Shown: positions 1 through 9,609, counted from the first letter of the stretch. The stretch is 32,000 bases of DNA from Pasteurella multocida (GCF_900187275.1 NZ_LT906458.1:1410001-1442000); one strand, 5' to 3'. A program made the numbers and translations. Notes: a model not told the origin generated them from the sequence alone.

Positions 1-1111
1 CGCCTTCTTGTTGACGCATTTCCTGACGTAAGGTGCTATCTGCACTACTTGTATTGCCTTCAAAACGAATTTGGCGAACCGTATAACTTTTGCCTGCTTC
101 AACAATAAAATCTAACGAAATCGTTTTATCTTGTTCGTCAAATGTCGGGTGAACATTGACTTGCGCAGTCGCATAACCTCTTTCACCTAACTTCGATTTG
201 ATGCGTTGTTCAACTTCCAATACGTTTGCGCGACGGAAAAGACCATTTAGTTGAATCGTATCTAAAATCGGGGCAAGTTCTGCTGACATGCCACCCACAT
301 CCCCTAGAATACGCGCGCTTTTCACTGTATATAAGTCACCTTCTTTCACTTTAATAATGACACGCGCTTCTTTTTTATCATCACTTAATTTGATATCAGT
401 ATCTAAAATTTGGAATTGCGCGTAACCACGATCTAAATAATAGCTACGTAAGGTTTCTAAATCTTTATTGAATTGGGTTTGATCAAATTTGTTACCAAAC
501 AATTTCCACCATGCATCTGTTTGAAGTTCCATTTGATCTTCTAATTTACTGCTGCTAAACGCTTGATTACCTTCAAAAATAATTTCTTTAAATAGCGCAA
601 CATCATCTTCATTAATTTGAATTTTAATTTCCGCGCTATTATTTGGTAGTGTATTCACGATAGCCTCTACCTTCGCGTTATAGCGACCGACACTATTGTA
701 GTGTTCGACAATCCCTTTCCGGAATTCTTCTAATTTAGCACGGTTTAATACATCACCGACTTTAAAGCCATTCGCATCTAAGTTTTGTTTAATTGCTTCA
801 TCAGGAATCGATTTATTACCGTCAATCACGACGTTTGAAATAACAGGTTTAGGCATGACTGTCACAACTAAAGTATTCCCTTCGCGACTTGCTTTCACAT
901 CATCATATTGCCCACTCAGGAATAATTTTCGTACCACATTAGCAATATCGTTATCTGTTGCTCGCTGCCCAACACGAACAGGAAGTGTAGCTAATACACT
1001 TCCTTCTGTACCTGCTTGAACACCGTCAACACGAATGTCTTTCACTACAAACGGCGCAGCAAATGCAGTGGTTGAACCAAATAATAAGCTCGCAATTAAA
1101 AGTTTTTTCAT
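1..1111 (-). CDS. bamA: Outer membrane protein assembly factor BamA (D15/Oma87 family), N-terminal part; the 3' end lies beyond the window start
   Basis: Missing from the ORF track because it is open at the window edge. The reverse strand starts at ATG (rc of 1109-1111) and reads [37 protein letters not shown]... That is a signal peptide followed by POTRA-type repeats. It lies directly downstream of rseP, as in the conserved cluster. Confidence 0.9.
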   Translation of the reverse strand, partial: MKKLLIASLLFGSTTAFAAPFVVKDIRVDGVQAGTEGSVLATLPVRVGQRATDNDIANVVRKLFLSGQYDDVKASREGNTLVVTVMPKPVISNVVIDGNKSIPDEAIKQNLDANGFKVGDVLNRAKLEEFRKGIVEHYNSVGRYNAKVEAIVNTLPNNSAEIKIQINEDDVALFKEIIFEGNQAFSSSKLEDQMELQTDAWWKLFGNKFDQTQFNKDLETLRSYYLDRGYAQFQILDTDIKLSDDKKEARVIIKVKEGDLYTVKSARILGDVGGMSAELAPILDTIQLNGLFRRANVLEVEQRIKSKLGERGYATAQVNVHPTFDEQDKTISLDFIVEAGKSYTVRQIRFEGNTSSADSTLRQEMRQQEG

Positions 1112-1140
1112 CGTGAATGTTATCCTGTGAGTAAAATTAA

Positions 1141-2469
1141 TTATAAACGTAAGAAATCATTAAAGAGTGCAAATCCCATTAAAGCCATTAATATCGCTGC
1201 ACCAATTCGATAACTCAAATTTTGAATACGTTCTGAGAGTGGTTTACCTCGGACCGCCTCAGCCGCTAAAAAGACTAAATGACCACCATCAAGAACAGGT
1301 AATGGAAATAAGTTCATTATGCCTAAATTCACACTGATCAATGCCATAAAACCGAGGTAATAAATCAACCCAATTTCAGAAGAGATGCCCGCACCTTTCG
1401 CAATAGAAATCGGACCACCTAAATTCTTCAAAGCCAGATCACCGGTAAAGAGCTTGCCAATCACTTTTACCGTTAACCATGAAAGCTGTATCGTCTTCTC
1501 AACCCCTTTCTGTAAGGCCTCAAGAATACCATATTTTAATTCGGTTCGATATACATCAGAGATCGGGGCAGCCGTCGGCGCAATCCCCACATACCAGCGT
1601 CCTTTTTTGTTTAATTCTGGTGTCAGAACAACAAAGGAAAACTGACCATCACGTTCAACTTTAACATTAAACGGTTTTCCTTCTTGTACAAACTGTACAA
1701 ATTGTTGCCAACTAATTAACTGCTCTCCCGCATAAATGCGATCACCGGCTTTTAAGCCTGCTTTGTCGGCAGGTGAGTTGACCTCGACCTTAGACAAAAT
1801 CATGTCCACTTTAGTTCTCACAGGTTGCAGACCAAGTGAGCTCATGGCACTTTCTTTTTCAGGATCAAAACGCCAGTCTTTCGTATTGAGTACTTTATGT
1901 TGCTCAATAGACGAGCCAAAAGGCGATAACGTTAGGTGAATTTCATCATTTCCCATCTTAGTTGCCAACAACATATTAATGGTTTCCCAATCGCTCACTT
2001 TTGTGCCATCTACCGCCATAATTTGTGTATTCGGTTCAATTTGGGCTTGGGCAGCAATAGAATTTGATGAAATGTCCGCAATGACAGGTTTTACTGTCGG
2101 GATACCCACAGTATAAATCGTAAAATATGCCACAATCGCAAATAAGAAGTTCGCGATAGGACCTGCTGCAATCACGAAAGCGCGCTGTAGCACACTTTTT
2201 TGATCAAATGCACGTGAGCTCAATTCAGGCGGAACCACTTCATTACGTCCATCTAGCATTTTGACATAACCACCGAGTGGAATCGCAGATATGACAAATT
2301 CAGTTCCCTGTTTATCTGTGCGCGACCAAAGTACTTTACCAAAACCAATTGAAAAACGATGAACCTGAATACCGCACTTTCTCGCAGCCCAAAAGTGCCC
2401 ATACTCATGGACTGCAACAAGTACACCAATAACAATAATAAACGACGCAAATGACCATAAAAATGACAT
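1141..2469 (-). CDS. rseP: RIP zinc metalloprotease RseP (site-2 protease)
   Basis: 442 aa. HEYGHF zinc motif near the N-terminus, central PDZ-like region, C-terminal [12 protein letters not shown] motif. Synteny cdsA-rseP-bamA. Confidence 0.95.
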   Translation of the reverse strand: MSFLWSFASFIIVIGVLVAVHEYGHFWAARKCGIQVHRFSIGFGKVLWSRTDKQGTEFVISAIPLGGYVKMLDGRNEVVPPELSSRAFDQKSVLQRAFVIAAGPIANFLFAIVAYFTIYTVGIPTVKPVIADISSNSIAAQAQIEPNTQIMAVDGTKVSDWETINMLLATKMGNDEIHLTLSPFGSSIEQHKVLNTKDWRFDPEKESAMSSLGLQPVRTKVDMILSKVEVNSPADKAGLKAGDRIYAGEQLISWQQFVQFVQEGKPFNVKVERDGQFSFVVLTPELNKKGRWYVGIAPTAAPISDVYRTELKYGILEALQKGVEKTIQLSWLTVKVIGKLFTGDLALKNLGGPISIAKGAGISSEIGLIYYLGFMALISVNLGIMNLFPLPVLDGGHLVFLAAEAVRGKPLSERIQNLSYRIGAAILMALMGFALFNDFLRL

Positions 2470-2490
2470 AAATCTGTTGTTCCTAATGCA

Positions 2491-3360
2491 TCATGAAATC
2501 ACGAAAAAGTAAAAATAAGCAAAGAACGGAACGGCCGCCGTTAAACTATCAATCCGATCTAAAATACCACCATGTCCTGGAATGAGCTGACTACTGTCTT
2601 TAATGCCACTTTGACGTTTAAACATACTTTCGGTGAGATCACCTAATATTGATACAGCAACAGTGGCAACAGAAAGGGCAATGAAAGCAGGTATTGAGAT
2701 ACCAGAAAGCAAACTTTCTTGCGTGAAGTGAATAAAAATACTGGCTAGAATTCCTGCTGTGACTAAGCCACCGATCACGCCTTCCCAACTTTTACCGGGA
2801 GAAACTTTTGGTGCAAGTTTATTTTTGCCGAACTGGCGCCCAGCAAAATATGCTCCCGAATCCGCGCTCCAAACAAGAATGAAAACATAGAGTAATAAAA
2901 TTAAACCATGATAGGGATCTGTTACATAATGTGCTAAGCGTAAACGTAACACGCCAGCAAAGAAAGGCACTAAGGTTAAAAAAGCAAAAGCAAATTGCAA
3001 TAATTTGTTTTTTCCCCAATAGGTCGCCCCTTTGGGATAACTTATCACTAAGCCTAAGGCGACAAACCACCAAAGCACAGAAGAGAATAAAAGAAGTGAG
3101 AGCGTATTTTCAAACACACGACCCGCATTTAAATAGTCACTTTCACCATAAATCCAAAGAAATAGAAAAGCTGCGGATAAACCCGTCAAACCTAAACGCC
3201 AAAAAGACCATTTGAAATGCGCAAATTGCGTCCACTCCCAAACAGCGAGAATAACGACAACACCTACTGCAAGTGCAAAATAGAAGGGTGAAAAGAAAAA
3301 CAATGCAATAAATACTATTGCAATTAACATGATCGCTGACAAAACACGTTCTTTAAGCAC
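2491..3360 (-). CDS. cdsA: Phosphatidate cytidylyltransferase (CDP-diglyceride synthase)
   Basis: 289 aa polytopic membrane protein with the CdsA signature SMFKRQSGIKDSSQLIPGHGGILDRIDS. Synteny uppS-cdsA. Confidence 0.95.
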   Translation of the reverse strand: MLKERVLSAIMLIAIVFIALFFFSPFYFALAVGVVVILAVWEWTQFAHFKWSFWRLGLTGLSAAFLFLWIYGESDYLNAGRVFENTLSLLLFSSVLWWFVALGLVISYPKGATYWGKNKLLQFAFAFLTLVPFFAGVLRLRLAHYVTDPYHGLILLLYVFILVWSADSGAYFAGRQFGKNKLAPKVSPGKSWEGVIGGLVTAGILASIFIHFTQESLLSGISIPAFIALSVATVAVSILGDLTESMFKRQSGIKDSSQLIPGHGGILDRIDSLTAAVPFFAYFYFFVIS

Positions 3361-3376
3361 AATCTAATCCTCTTTA

Positions 3377-4099
3377 TTATTCTTCTGCACCACCAAAGCG
3401 TCGGTGGCGTTGTTGATAAGCAATAATTGCTTCGTTAAATTCCTTTTCATTAAAATCTGGCCAAAGTACATCAGAAAAATACAGCTCAGCATACGCGATT
3501 TGCCATAATAAAAAGTTACTAATTCGTTGTTCACCACTCGTTCTAATTAATAAATCGACTTGTGGCTGCTCTTTGGTAACCAAAGCTTGCTGTAATACTT
3601 GCGCATTAATCTCATCAACGGCTAACTTGCCCTCTTTAACCTGTTGTGCGAGCGATTTTGTAGCTTGCACGATATCCCAGCAACCGCCATAGTTTGCTGC
3701 AATATTTAAGGTTAAAGCTGTATTGTTTTCAGTTAATTTCTCGGCCTGATGAATTTTATTCTGCAAGCTGGCACTAAACCCCGTTACATCCCCTAATATA
3801 TTCAATTTAATATTATTTTTATGCAACTTTTTAACTTCAAGATCTAACGCTTGCATAAATAACGCCATTAATGCATTCACTTCTTTTTTTGGGCGGTTCC
3901 AGTTTTCACTACTAAACGCATAGAGTGTTAAAACTTTAATGCCCACTTTTCGGGCATAAGAAACCGCCTCTCGCACGGCTTTCACCCCATTTTTATGACC
4001 AAAAATGCGCATTTTGCCCTTTTGCTGTGCCCAACGCCCATTTCCATCCATAATAATCGCAACATGTTGTGGGATATTATTTGGATCAAGTTCTACCAT
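3377..4099 (-). CDS. uppS: Undecaprenyl diphosphate synthase (ditrans,polycis)
   Basis: 240 aa with the MDGNGRWA and SSENWNRP motifs typical of cis-prenyltransferases. Confidence 0.95.
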   Translation of the reverse strand: MVELDPNNIPQHVAIIMDGNGRWAQQKGKMRIFGHKNGVKAVREAVSYARKVGIKVLTLYAFSSENWNRPKKEVNALMALFMQALDLEVKKLHKNNIKLNILGDVTGFSASLQNKIHQAEKLTENNTALTLNIAANYGGCWDIVQATKSLAQQVKEGKLAVDEINAQVLQQALVTKEQPQVDLLIRTSGEQRISNFLLWQIAYAELYFSDVLWPDFNEKEFNEAIIAYQQRHRRFGGAEE

Positions 4100-4116
4100 A
4101 TTCTCTCAAATTTCTG

Positions 4117-4125
4117 ACCGCACTT
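4117..4125 (-). repeat. Uptake signal sequence core (ACCGCACTT on +, i.e. AAGTGCGGT on -)
   Basis: Exact 9-mer in the uppS-dxr spacer. Confidence 0.8.
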
Positions 4126-4148
4126 TTTTCGCCACTATACCACAAGGC

Positions 4149-5348
4149 TTACGGATGTGAAAAACTTAAAATGATTGACTGAGATAATTCCCTTGCCTTT
4201 TTATCTACCTCAAGTACATCTTCTATGCAATGAATTTTTTGTGGTTGCAATTTGCTCACGACTAACTGATTTAGTCGCGCAATATCTGTAAATTTAATCT
4301 TATTGTCTAAGAAAGACGCTACCGCGATTTCATTCGCTGCATTCATTGCTGTCGTGGCATATTGTCCGGCTGAAAATGCGTCAATGGCTAATTTTAAACA
4401 AGGATAACGTTGATAGTCTGGCTCAATAAAGGTTAATCCATTCAGTTGGTAAAACTCCAAGGGCTCAACGCCAGCAACGGTCCGACTTGGATATGCCATG
4501 GTTTCCGCAATCGGTGTACGCATATCAGGATTCCCCATTTGTGCAATCACGGAACCATCGATGTAACGTACCATAGAATGAATAATGGATTGAGGATGAA
4601 TAATAACTTCCATTTCCTCTGCCGAGGCATTAAATAACCAGCGTGCTTCAATATATTCCAACCCTTTATTCATCATGGTAGCGGAATCGACAGAGATCTT
4701 TTTCCCCATTGACCAATTAGGATGCGCAACTGCTTGTGCTGGGGTGATCTGTTCAAATTGCTCCAGAGGGGTATAACGGAATGGACCACCGGATCCCGTT
4801 AACACAATCTTACTGATCCCTAATTCAGAAAGCGGGCAAAACCCAATTTGTCTTTGCGCTTCAGGCGGAAGGGATTGGAAAATCGCATTATGTTCACTAT
4901 CTACTGGTAACAATTGTGCTTGAGATTCACGCACTGCATCAATAAATAATTGCCCGCAAGTTACCAAGGCTTCTTTATTTGCTAATAGTACACGTTTTCC
5001 AGCTTTCACCGCAGACAAAGTAGGCAATAATCCCGCCGCCCCCACAATCGCAGCCATTACCATATCTGCTTCAGGATGTGCCGCTAACTCACAAATAGCT
5101 TGCTGTCCTGCTAAGACTGTTGTTTTGCTTTGGTGGGCTTTCAGTTTCTCCGCCAATATTTTGGCTGCGACATCGTCATCTAACGCAGCAAACGACGGTT
5201 GGAATGTCAAACATTGTTGAAACATTAGCTCTACATTACGTCCACCAACTAACGCAAACACTTGGTACTTATCAGGATTATGTGTAATCACGGATAAGGT
5301 ACTGGTACCAATCGATCCAGTTGAACCTAAAATAACGATCTTTTTCAT
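4149..5348 (-). CDS. dxr: 1-deoxy-D-xylulose 5-phosphate reductoisomerase
   Basis: Motifs GSTGSIGT (NADPH binding), LANKE and [23 protein letters not shown]. The track ORF extends to 5375, but homologues as I recall them begin near [11 protein letters not shown], so I place the start at ATG 5346-5348. Confidence 0.93.
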   Translation of the reverse strand: MKKIVILGSTGSIGTSTLSVITHNPDKYQVFALVGGRNVELMFQQCLTFQPSFAALDDDVAAKILAEKLKAHQSKTTVLAGQQAICELAAHPEADMVMAAIVGAAGLLPTLSAVKAGKRVLLANKEALVTCGQLFIDAVRESQAQLLPVDSEHNAIFQSLPPEAQRQIGFCPLSELGISKIVLTGSGGPFRYTPLEQFEQITPAQAVAHPNWSMGKKISVDSATMMNKGLEYIEARWLFNASAEEMEVIIHPQSIIHSMVRYIDGSVIAQMGNPDMRTPIAETMAYPSRTVAGVEPLEFYQLNGLTFIEPDYQRYPCLKLAIDAFSAGQYATTAMNAANEIAVASFLDNKIKFTDIARLNQLVVSKLQPQKIHCIEDVLEVDKKARELSQSIILSFSHP

Positions 5349-5376
5349 AAAATAACTAATACTCATTAATAACAAT

Positions 5377-5400
5377 CCGCCCGTAAAACGGGCGGTTTTT
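5377..5400 (+). terminator. GC-rich hairpin plus T5 (ccgcccg-taaaa-cgggcgg-ttttt), canonical on the plus strand and weaker on the minus strand
   Basis: 7-bp GC stem 5377-5383/5389-5395, 5-nt loop, T-run 5396-5400. On the minus strand it is followed by AUUGUUAUU. It sits 28 nt upstream of the dxr start, at or next to the tnpA-distal IS end. Confidence 0.5.
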
Positions 5401-5425
5401 AGGCCACCCTATAAGGGCCTAGTAC

Positions 5426-5453
5426 TTCACATGCCCCTCAAGGGGCATGTGAA
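5426..5453. repeat. Perfect 12-bp-stem palindrome (ttcacatgcccc-tcaa-ggggcatgtgaa), candidate subterminal TnpA-binding hairpin at the tnpA-distal end
   Basis: Read directly. Arms 5426-5437 and 5442-5453 are exact reverse complements. It lies 30 nt downstream of the tnpA stop. Confidence 0.6.
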
Positions 5454-5482
5454 TTCTGACAACCGTTCAATAACTCTGTTGC

Positions 5483-5947
5483 CTACCCCTTAAAGGGGTC
5501 CATATATTCTTTCTTCGATAAATTATCCTGAATCATATCTTCCTTTTCCTGATTTCGGATATATTCCTCTACAATTTTTGTATTTAAACCTACTGTACTT
5601 ACATAATAGCCTTTCGCCCAAAAATTTCGATTCCCATACTTATATTTCAAATTTGCATGTCTTTCAAATATCATTAGCGATGACTTACCTTTTAAATACC
5701 CCATAAAACTTGAAACGGCCAGTTTCGGAGGTATCCTTAACAGCATATGGATATGCTCTTTCATTGCATATGCCTCTATTATCTCTACATTCTTGTAGTG
5801 ACATAATTGTCTTAGTATCCCTCCTATATCAACTCGCAATTTTCCATAAATTGCTTTTCTCCTATACTTAGGGATAAAGACTATGTGGTACTTACAGTTC
5901 CATCTTGTGTGTGATAGACTTGAATCGTCATTGGATTTACTTGCCAT
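5483..5947 (-). CDS. tnpA: IS200/IS605 family transposase TnpA (Y1 HUH single-strand DNA transposase)
   Basis: 154 aa. SLSHTRWNCKYHIVFIPKYRR, the HUH motif HIHMLLRIPPK, SSFMGYLKGKSSL and the catalytic-Tyr region NFWAKGYYVSTVG all closely resemble Salmonella/Yersinia IS200 TnpA as I remember it. AGGAGG sits 7 nt upstream of the ATG. Confidence 0.95.
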   Translation of the reverse strand: MASKSNDDSSLSHTRWNCKYHIVFIPKYRRKAIYGKLRVDIGGILRQLCHYKNVEIIEAYAMKEHIHMLLRIPPKLAVSSFMGYLKGKSSLMIFERHANLKYKYGNRNFWAKGYYVSTVGLNTKIVEEYIRNQEKEDMIQDNLSKKEYMDPFKG

Positions 5948-5952
5948 GACTT

Positions 5953-6004
5953 ATCCTCCTATATGTTGAATTTTGGTTGTCAGCCTTGTTCAATATAGGA
6001 GGAT
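5953..6004 (-). promoter_or_regulatory. Stem-loop that sequesters the tnpA Shine-Dalgarno sequence
   Basis: 12-bp perfect inverted repeat, atcctcctatat (5953-5964) / atataggaggat (5993-6004), extended by ttgaa/ttcaa. The ATG-proximal arm contains the SD (rc of 5955-5960 = AGGAGG). Translational repression by an equivalent structure is established for Salmonella IS200. Confidence 0.7.
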
Positions 6005-6039
6005 GTTTTGTTCTGCTCACCGCTTAAGCTTTTCTGTTC

Positions 6040-6087
6040 CATACGCAAAGCGTATGGTTTTTATAGCTAGACTTTGTCTAGCTATAA
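6040..6087. repeat. Two tandem perfect palindromes at the tnpA-proximal IS end (ccatacgc-aaa-gcgtatgg and tatagctagac-ttt-gtctagctata)
   Basis: Read directly: 8-bp stem at 6040-6058 and 11-bp stem at 6063-6087. They sit about 93-140 nt upstream of the tnpA ATG, roughly where IS200 carries its left-end hairpin. Confidence 0.6.
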
Positions 6088-6088
6088 T

Positions 6089-6122
6089 AAAAAACGATTT
6101 ACTTCACACTTGAAATAAACCG
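6089..6122 (-). terminator. Candidate rho-independent terminator of frr
   Basis: Minus strand reads cggtttattt-caagtgtg-aagtaaatcg followed by TTTTTT. The stem is 10 bp including 2 G-U pairs. It lies about 110 nt downstream of the frr stop and directly abuts the inferred IS end. Confidence 0.5.
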
Positions 6123-6231
6123 TTTTATGTATTCAATAAAGCGCTCTCTTAATATCTGAATGGATGTAATGATTAGATAGACCAATCAATACTATGCTTG
6201 ACATATCCGTCCATAAAGAGAGGCTCATGAA

Positions 6232-6789
6232 TTAGAAATCGAGCAATTCTTTCTCTTTATCTGCCAATACTTCATCCACTTTTTTCACGAAAGTATCCGT
6301 GATTTTTTGGATTTCGTCTTGTGCTTTACGCTCTTCGTCTTCACTGATTTCTTTGTCTTTCAGCAAAGCTTTAATTTGATCATTAGCATCACGACGCACA
6401 TTACGTACTGCAATTTTCCCTTGCTCAGCTTCACCTTTCACAATTTTAATTAAATCACGACGGCGTTCTTCTGTTAATGGCGGTAACGGTACACGAATCG
6501 TTGTCCCGGCAGAAGACGGGTTTAACCCTAAATCTGAGGTCAAAATCGCTTTTTCTACCGCACTAATTAAGCTACGATCAAACACAGTGACAGCAAGTGT
6601 ACGCGCATCTTCTGCAACCACGTTGGCTAACTGACGTAATGGGGTTGGTGAACCATAGTATTCCACTTGAATACCATCAAGTAAACTTGGTTGAGCACGA
6701 CCTGTACGCACTTTAGCAATGTGGTTTTTAAAGGTTTCTAAGCTTTTTTCCATACGCAATTGCGTATCTTTTTTAATTTCATTAATCAC
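6232..6789 (-). CDS. frr: Ribosome recycling factor
   Basis: 185 aa. [32 protein letters not shown]... is typical Frr. Synteny pyrH-frr. Confidence 0.97.
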   Translation of the reverse strand: MINEIKKDTQLRMEKSLETFKNHIAKVRTGRAQPSLLDGIQVEYYGSPTPLRQLANVVAEDARTLAVTVFDRSLISAVEKAILTSDLGLNPSSAGTTIRVPLPPLTEERRRDLIKIVKGEAEQGKIAVRNVRRDANDQIKALLKDKEISEDEERKAQDEIQKITDTFVKKVDEVLADKEKELLDF

Positions 6790-6864
6790 AAGAAGTCCTT
6801 CTTTATAGTCAATAAGTCTTAGTTAATCGGCTGCCTGTAAGTTTAATCTAATTCTGGTGAAAAA

Positions 6865-7593
6865 TCACGACAACTTTTGGTCACAAATCAATGTCCCTTC
6901 GACTTCACCCAAAATCACTCGACGTAATGCTCCCGGCTTACCCATATTAAAGACCCGAATTGGCATATGATGATCACGTGCTAAGGTAAAGGCGGCTAAA
7001 TCCATCACTTGCAATTCATGTTCAATAACATCAGCATAATTCAGCTGATGATAAAGCACCGCATCTGCATTTTTTGCGGGATCGCAATTATACACACCAT
7101 CGACTTTCGTCGCTTTTAACACCACATCCGCTTCAATTTCAATTCCACGTAAACAAGCCGCAGAGTCCGTTGTAAAAAATGGGCTTCCTGTCCCCGCAGA
7201 GAAAATCACTACGCGTTTTTCACGCAACATTTTTATTGCTTCAGACCAGTTATAGGTATCACAAATACCATTTAATTGAAAGGCTGACATCAGTTTGGCA
7301 TTCACATCAGCACGATGTAGTGCATCGCGCATGGCAAGACCATTCATGACGGTTGCGAGCATCCCCATGTGATCACCAACTACACGGTTCATCCCTGCTT
7401 TTGCTAATTTGGCACCACGGAACAAATTACCACCACCCAGTACAACACCAACTTCGACGCCCATTGCTACTAATTCTTTAATCTCGAGCGCCATTCTGTC
7501 TAAGATAGACGGGTCAATACCAAATCCCTCGTCACCTTGTAATGCTTCACCGCTTAGTTTTAATAAAATTCGTTTATAAATTGGTTGGCTCAT
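6865..7593 (-). CDS. pyrH: UMP kinase
   Basis: 242 aa. [10 protein letters not shown], the GGGNLFRG motif and amino-acid-kinase fold motifs. Synteny tsf-pyrH. Confidence 0.97.
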   Translation of the reverse strand: MSQPIYKRILLKLSGEALQGDEGFGIDPSILDRMALEIKELVAMGVEVGVVLGGGNLFRGAKLAKAGMNRVVGDHMGMLATVMNGLAMRDALHRADVNAKLMSAFQLNGICDTYNWSEAIKMLREKRVVIFSAGTGSPFFTTDSAACLRGIEIEADVVLKATKVDGVYNCDPAKNADAVLYHQLNYADVIEHELQVMDLAAFTLARDHHMPIRVFNMGKPGALRRVILGEVEGTLICDQKLS

Positions 7594-7699
7594 TTTTGTA
7601 CCTCTTTTGATTCTGTAAGCAACAAATTATCTTTTATTCCGCTGCACTCTGACATCTTATACACAAAGAGAGGCGAGTGCCGCTATCCATCTCTCTTAT

Positions 7700-7730
7700 A
7701 AAGAAAAGGCGAGTTACCTCGCCTATTTTT
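7700..7730 (-). terminator. Bidirectional rho-independent terminator after tsf
   Basis: Stem aggcgag (7707-7713) / ctcgcct (7718-7724) with loop ttac. U-rich tracts follow on both strands. It lies 7-13 nt downstream of the tsf stop. Confidence 0.7.
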
Positions 7731-7736
7731 TAGAAA

Positions 7737-8585
7737 TTAGATTTTTTGCATCGCTGCAACTTCTGCTGCAAAGTCAGATTCAACTTTTTCGATACCTTCA
7801 CCCACTTCGAAACGAACGAAGTTAGTCACATCAGCACCGCTTTCTTTTAAGAATTCGCCTACTGATTTAGCTGGATCCATTACGAATGGTTGACCTGTCA
7901 ATGACACTTCACCAGTGAATTTCTTCATACGGCCTTCAACCATTTTTTCTGCGATTTCACGTGGTTTACCTGATTCCATCGCGATTGCCACTTGGATTTC
8001 ACGCTCTTTTGCTACAACATCTGCTGACACATCTTCTGGTTTAACAAACTCAGGACGGCTCGCTGCAACATGCATCGCGATTTTTTTCAATAAATCTTCG
8101 TCTGCATTTTTACCCGCAACTAATACACCAATTTTGGCGCCGTGTAAGTATGAACCAACGACATCGCCATCTAAAAATTGTACGCGACGAATATTCATGT
8201 TTTCACCAATTTTCGCCACAAGTGTTGCACGTTTTTCTTCAAATTGTGCTTGAAGTGCTTCGATAGTCACGCCTTTGTTCGCTAATGCATAGTCTGCTAC
8301 TTCGTTCGCTAAACCTAAGAAGCCAGCATCTTTTGCCACGAAGTCAGTTTCACAGTTCATTTCCACTAACACACCGAAACCAGCGCCAATACGAGCAAGG
8401 ATAACCCCTTCTGCTGCCACACGACCTGCTTTCTTAGCCGCTTTTGCTTGACCTGATTTACGCATGTTATCGATCGCTAATTCGATATCACCATTTGCTT
8501 CAACTAACGCTTTTTTACATTCCATCATACCTGCGCCAGTACGCTCACGAAGTTCTTTTACTAATGATGCTGTGATTTCAGCCAT
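7737..8585 (-). CDS. tsf: Translation elongation factor Ts
   Basis: 282 aa. [27 protein letters not shown]... is the canonical EF-Ts N-terminus. Confidence 0.97.
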   Translation of the reverse strand: MAEITASLVKELRERTGAGMMECKKALVEANGDIELAIDNMRKSGQAKAAKKAGRVAAEGVILARIGAGFGVLVEMNCETDFVAKDAGFLGLANEVADYALANKGVTIEALQAQFEEKRATLVAKIGENMNIRRVQFLDGDVVGSYLHGAKIGVLVAGKNADEDLLKKIAMHVAASRPEFVKPEDVSADVVAKEREIQVAIAMESGKPREIAEKMVEGRMKKFTGEVSLTGQPFVMDPAKSVGEFLKESGADVTNFVRFEVGEGIEKVESDFAAEVAAMQKI

Positions 8586-8625
8586 TTTTTAATCCTCTGT
8601 CCGCTTGATTTTGTGCAATTTCTTA

Positions 8626-8634
8626 ACCGCACTT
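8626..8634 (-). repeat. Uptake signal sequence core
   Basis: Exact ACCGCACTT in the rpsB-tsf spacer. Confidence 0.8.
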
Positions 8635-8638
8635 TCAC

Positions 8639-8673
8639 ATAAAAAAGCAGGGAACTTAATTCAGCCCCCTGCT
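8639..8673 (-). terminator. Intercistronic hairpin plus U-tract between rpsB and tsf (candidate partial terminator/attenuator)
   Basis: Minus strand reads agcaggg-(14 nt)-ccctgct followed by TTTTTAT. The 7-bp stem is at 8646-8652/8667-8673. Confidence 0.45.
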
Positions 8674-8726
8674 AACCAATTAATCGTTGTGATTAATAAT
8701 AAGGGCTTGCGCCTTATCTACCTGAA

Positions 8727-9449
8727 TTACTCAGCTTCTGCTACAAAGTTCTCTTCAGTGACAGCGTCTTGGTGACGACCTTCTTTAACCGCCGCGGCTG
8801 CTGCTGAAAGATATAATTGGATTGCACGTGCTGCGTCATCGTTACCTGGGATAACGAAATCAACACCATCTGGATCTGAGTTAGTATCAACGATAGCAAA
8901 CACTGGAATACCAAGATTGTTTGCTTCTTTCACTGCAATGTGTTCATGGTCTGCACCGATAACGAATAACGCATCTGGTAAGCCACCCATCTCTTTGATA
9001 CCACCAAGACTTAATTCAAGTTTCTCCATCTCACGTGTGCGCATTAACGCTTCTTTTTTCGTTAATTTATCGAACGTACCATCTTGAGATTGAGTTTCTA
9101 AATCTTTTAAACGTCTAATTGATTGACGAACTGTTTTCCAGTTAGTCAACATACCACCTAACCAACGGTGATTGACATAATATTGTTGACAGTCTAATGC
9201 TGCTGCTTTCACTGCTTCAGTAGCTGCACGTTTTGTCCCAACGAATAAAATTTTACCGTTGTTACCCGCAATACGTGTTAATTCCACTAAGGCTTCATTG
9301 AACATAGGAACAGTTTTTTCTAAGTTAATGATGTGAACACCGTTGCGTGGACCATAGATGAATGGTTTCATTTTTGGATTCCAGTAACGAGTTTGGTGAC
9401 CGAAGTGAACGCCAGCTTGTAGCATATCGCGCATTGAAACTTGTGCCAT
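8727..9449 (-). CDS. rpsB: 30S ribosomal protein S2
   Basis: [27 protein letters not shown]... The track ORF extends 21 codons further upstream (to 9512). S2 proteins start at the MAxVSMRDML methionine, so I place the start at 9449. Confidence 0.95.
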   Translation of the reverse strand: MAQVSMRDMLQAGVHFGHQTRYWNPKMKPFIYGPRNGVHIINLEKTVPMFNEALVELTRIAGNNGKILFVGTKRAATEAVKAAALDCQQYYVNHRWLGGMLTNWKTVRQSIRRLKDLETQSQDGTFDKLTKKEALMRTREMEKLELSLGGIKEMGGLPDALFVIGADHEHIAVKEANNLGIPVFAIVDTNSDPDGVDFVIPGNDDAARAIQLYLSAAAAAVKEGRHQDAVTEENFVAEAE

Positions 9450-9593
9450 AATAATATTTCCTTTTAATTGGGGTTTAGCCTCCACATACCAAGCAAATCG
9501 ACCGTTTGGCACCCCGATTTACCCTCACGATATGTGTGTGATGTTTAAGTTAAAAATTAAATGTGAATGTTATTTTTCAAAAGTCAAAATAAC
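9450..9593 (-). promoter_or_regulatory. rpsB 5' leader (candidate S2 autoregulatory leader)
   Basis: About 140-nt untranslated leader between the extended -10 element and the rpsB ATG. It contains GGGGU (rc of 9511-9515) complementary to ACCCC (rc of 9470-9474) just upstream of the SD region. S2 autoregulation through a structured leader is established in E. coli. The fold here is not verified. Confidence 0.4.
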
Positions 9594-9600
9594 GGGGTGC

Positions 9601-9609
9601 TTTATACCA
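9601..9609 (-). promoter_or_regulatory. Extended -10 promoter element of rpsB-tsf (TGGTATAAA)
   Basis: rc of 9601-9609 = TGgTATAAA. The rpsB promoters of gamma-proteobacteria are described as extended -10 class. Confidence 0.5.

Larger units (their letters stand above)
5400..6098 (-). mobile_element. IS200-group (IS200/IS605 family) insertion sequence, about 700 bp; ends approximate (+/- about 35 bp)
   Basis: Contains a single Y1/HUH transposase gene and perfect subterminal palindromes on both sides: 5426-5453, and 6040-6058 plus 6063-6087. It also has an SD-occluding stem at 5953-6004. No terminal inverted repeats, as expected for this family. It interrupts the otherwise contiguous frr-dxr spacer. 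Confidence 0.75.

Noticed and set aside
9537-9575. Near-repeats tgtgatgttta / tgtgaatgtta in the rpsB-efflux divergent region, and the 11-mer gtgaatgttat shared with 1113-1123.
   Set aside because: Hundreds of 11-mer coincidences are expected by chance in a 32-kb window read on two strands. Neither copy has the TCACA half needed for a CRP site.
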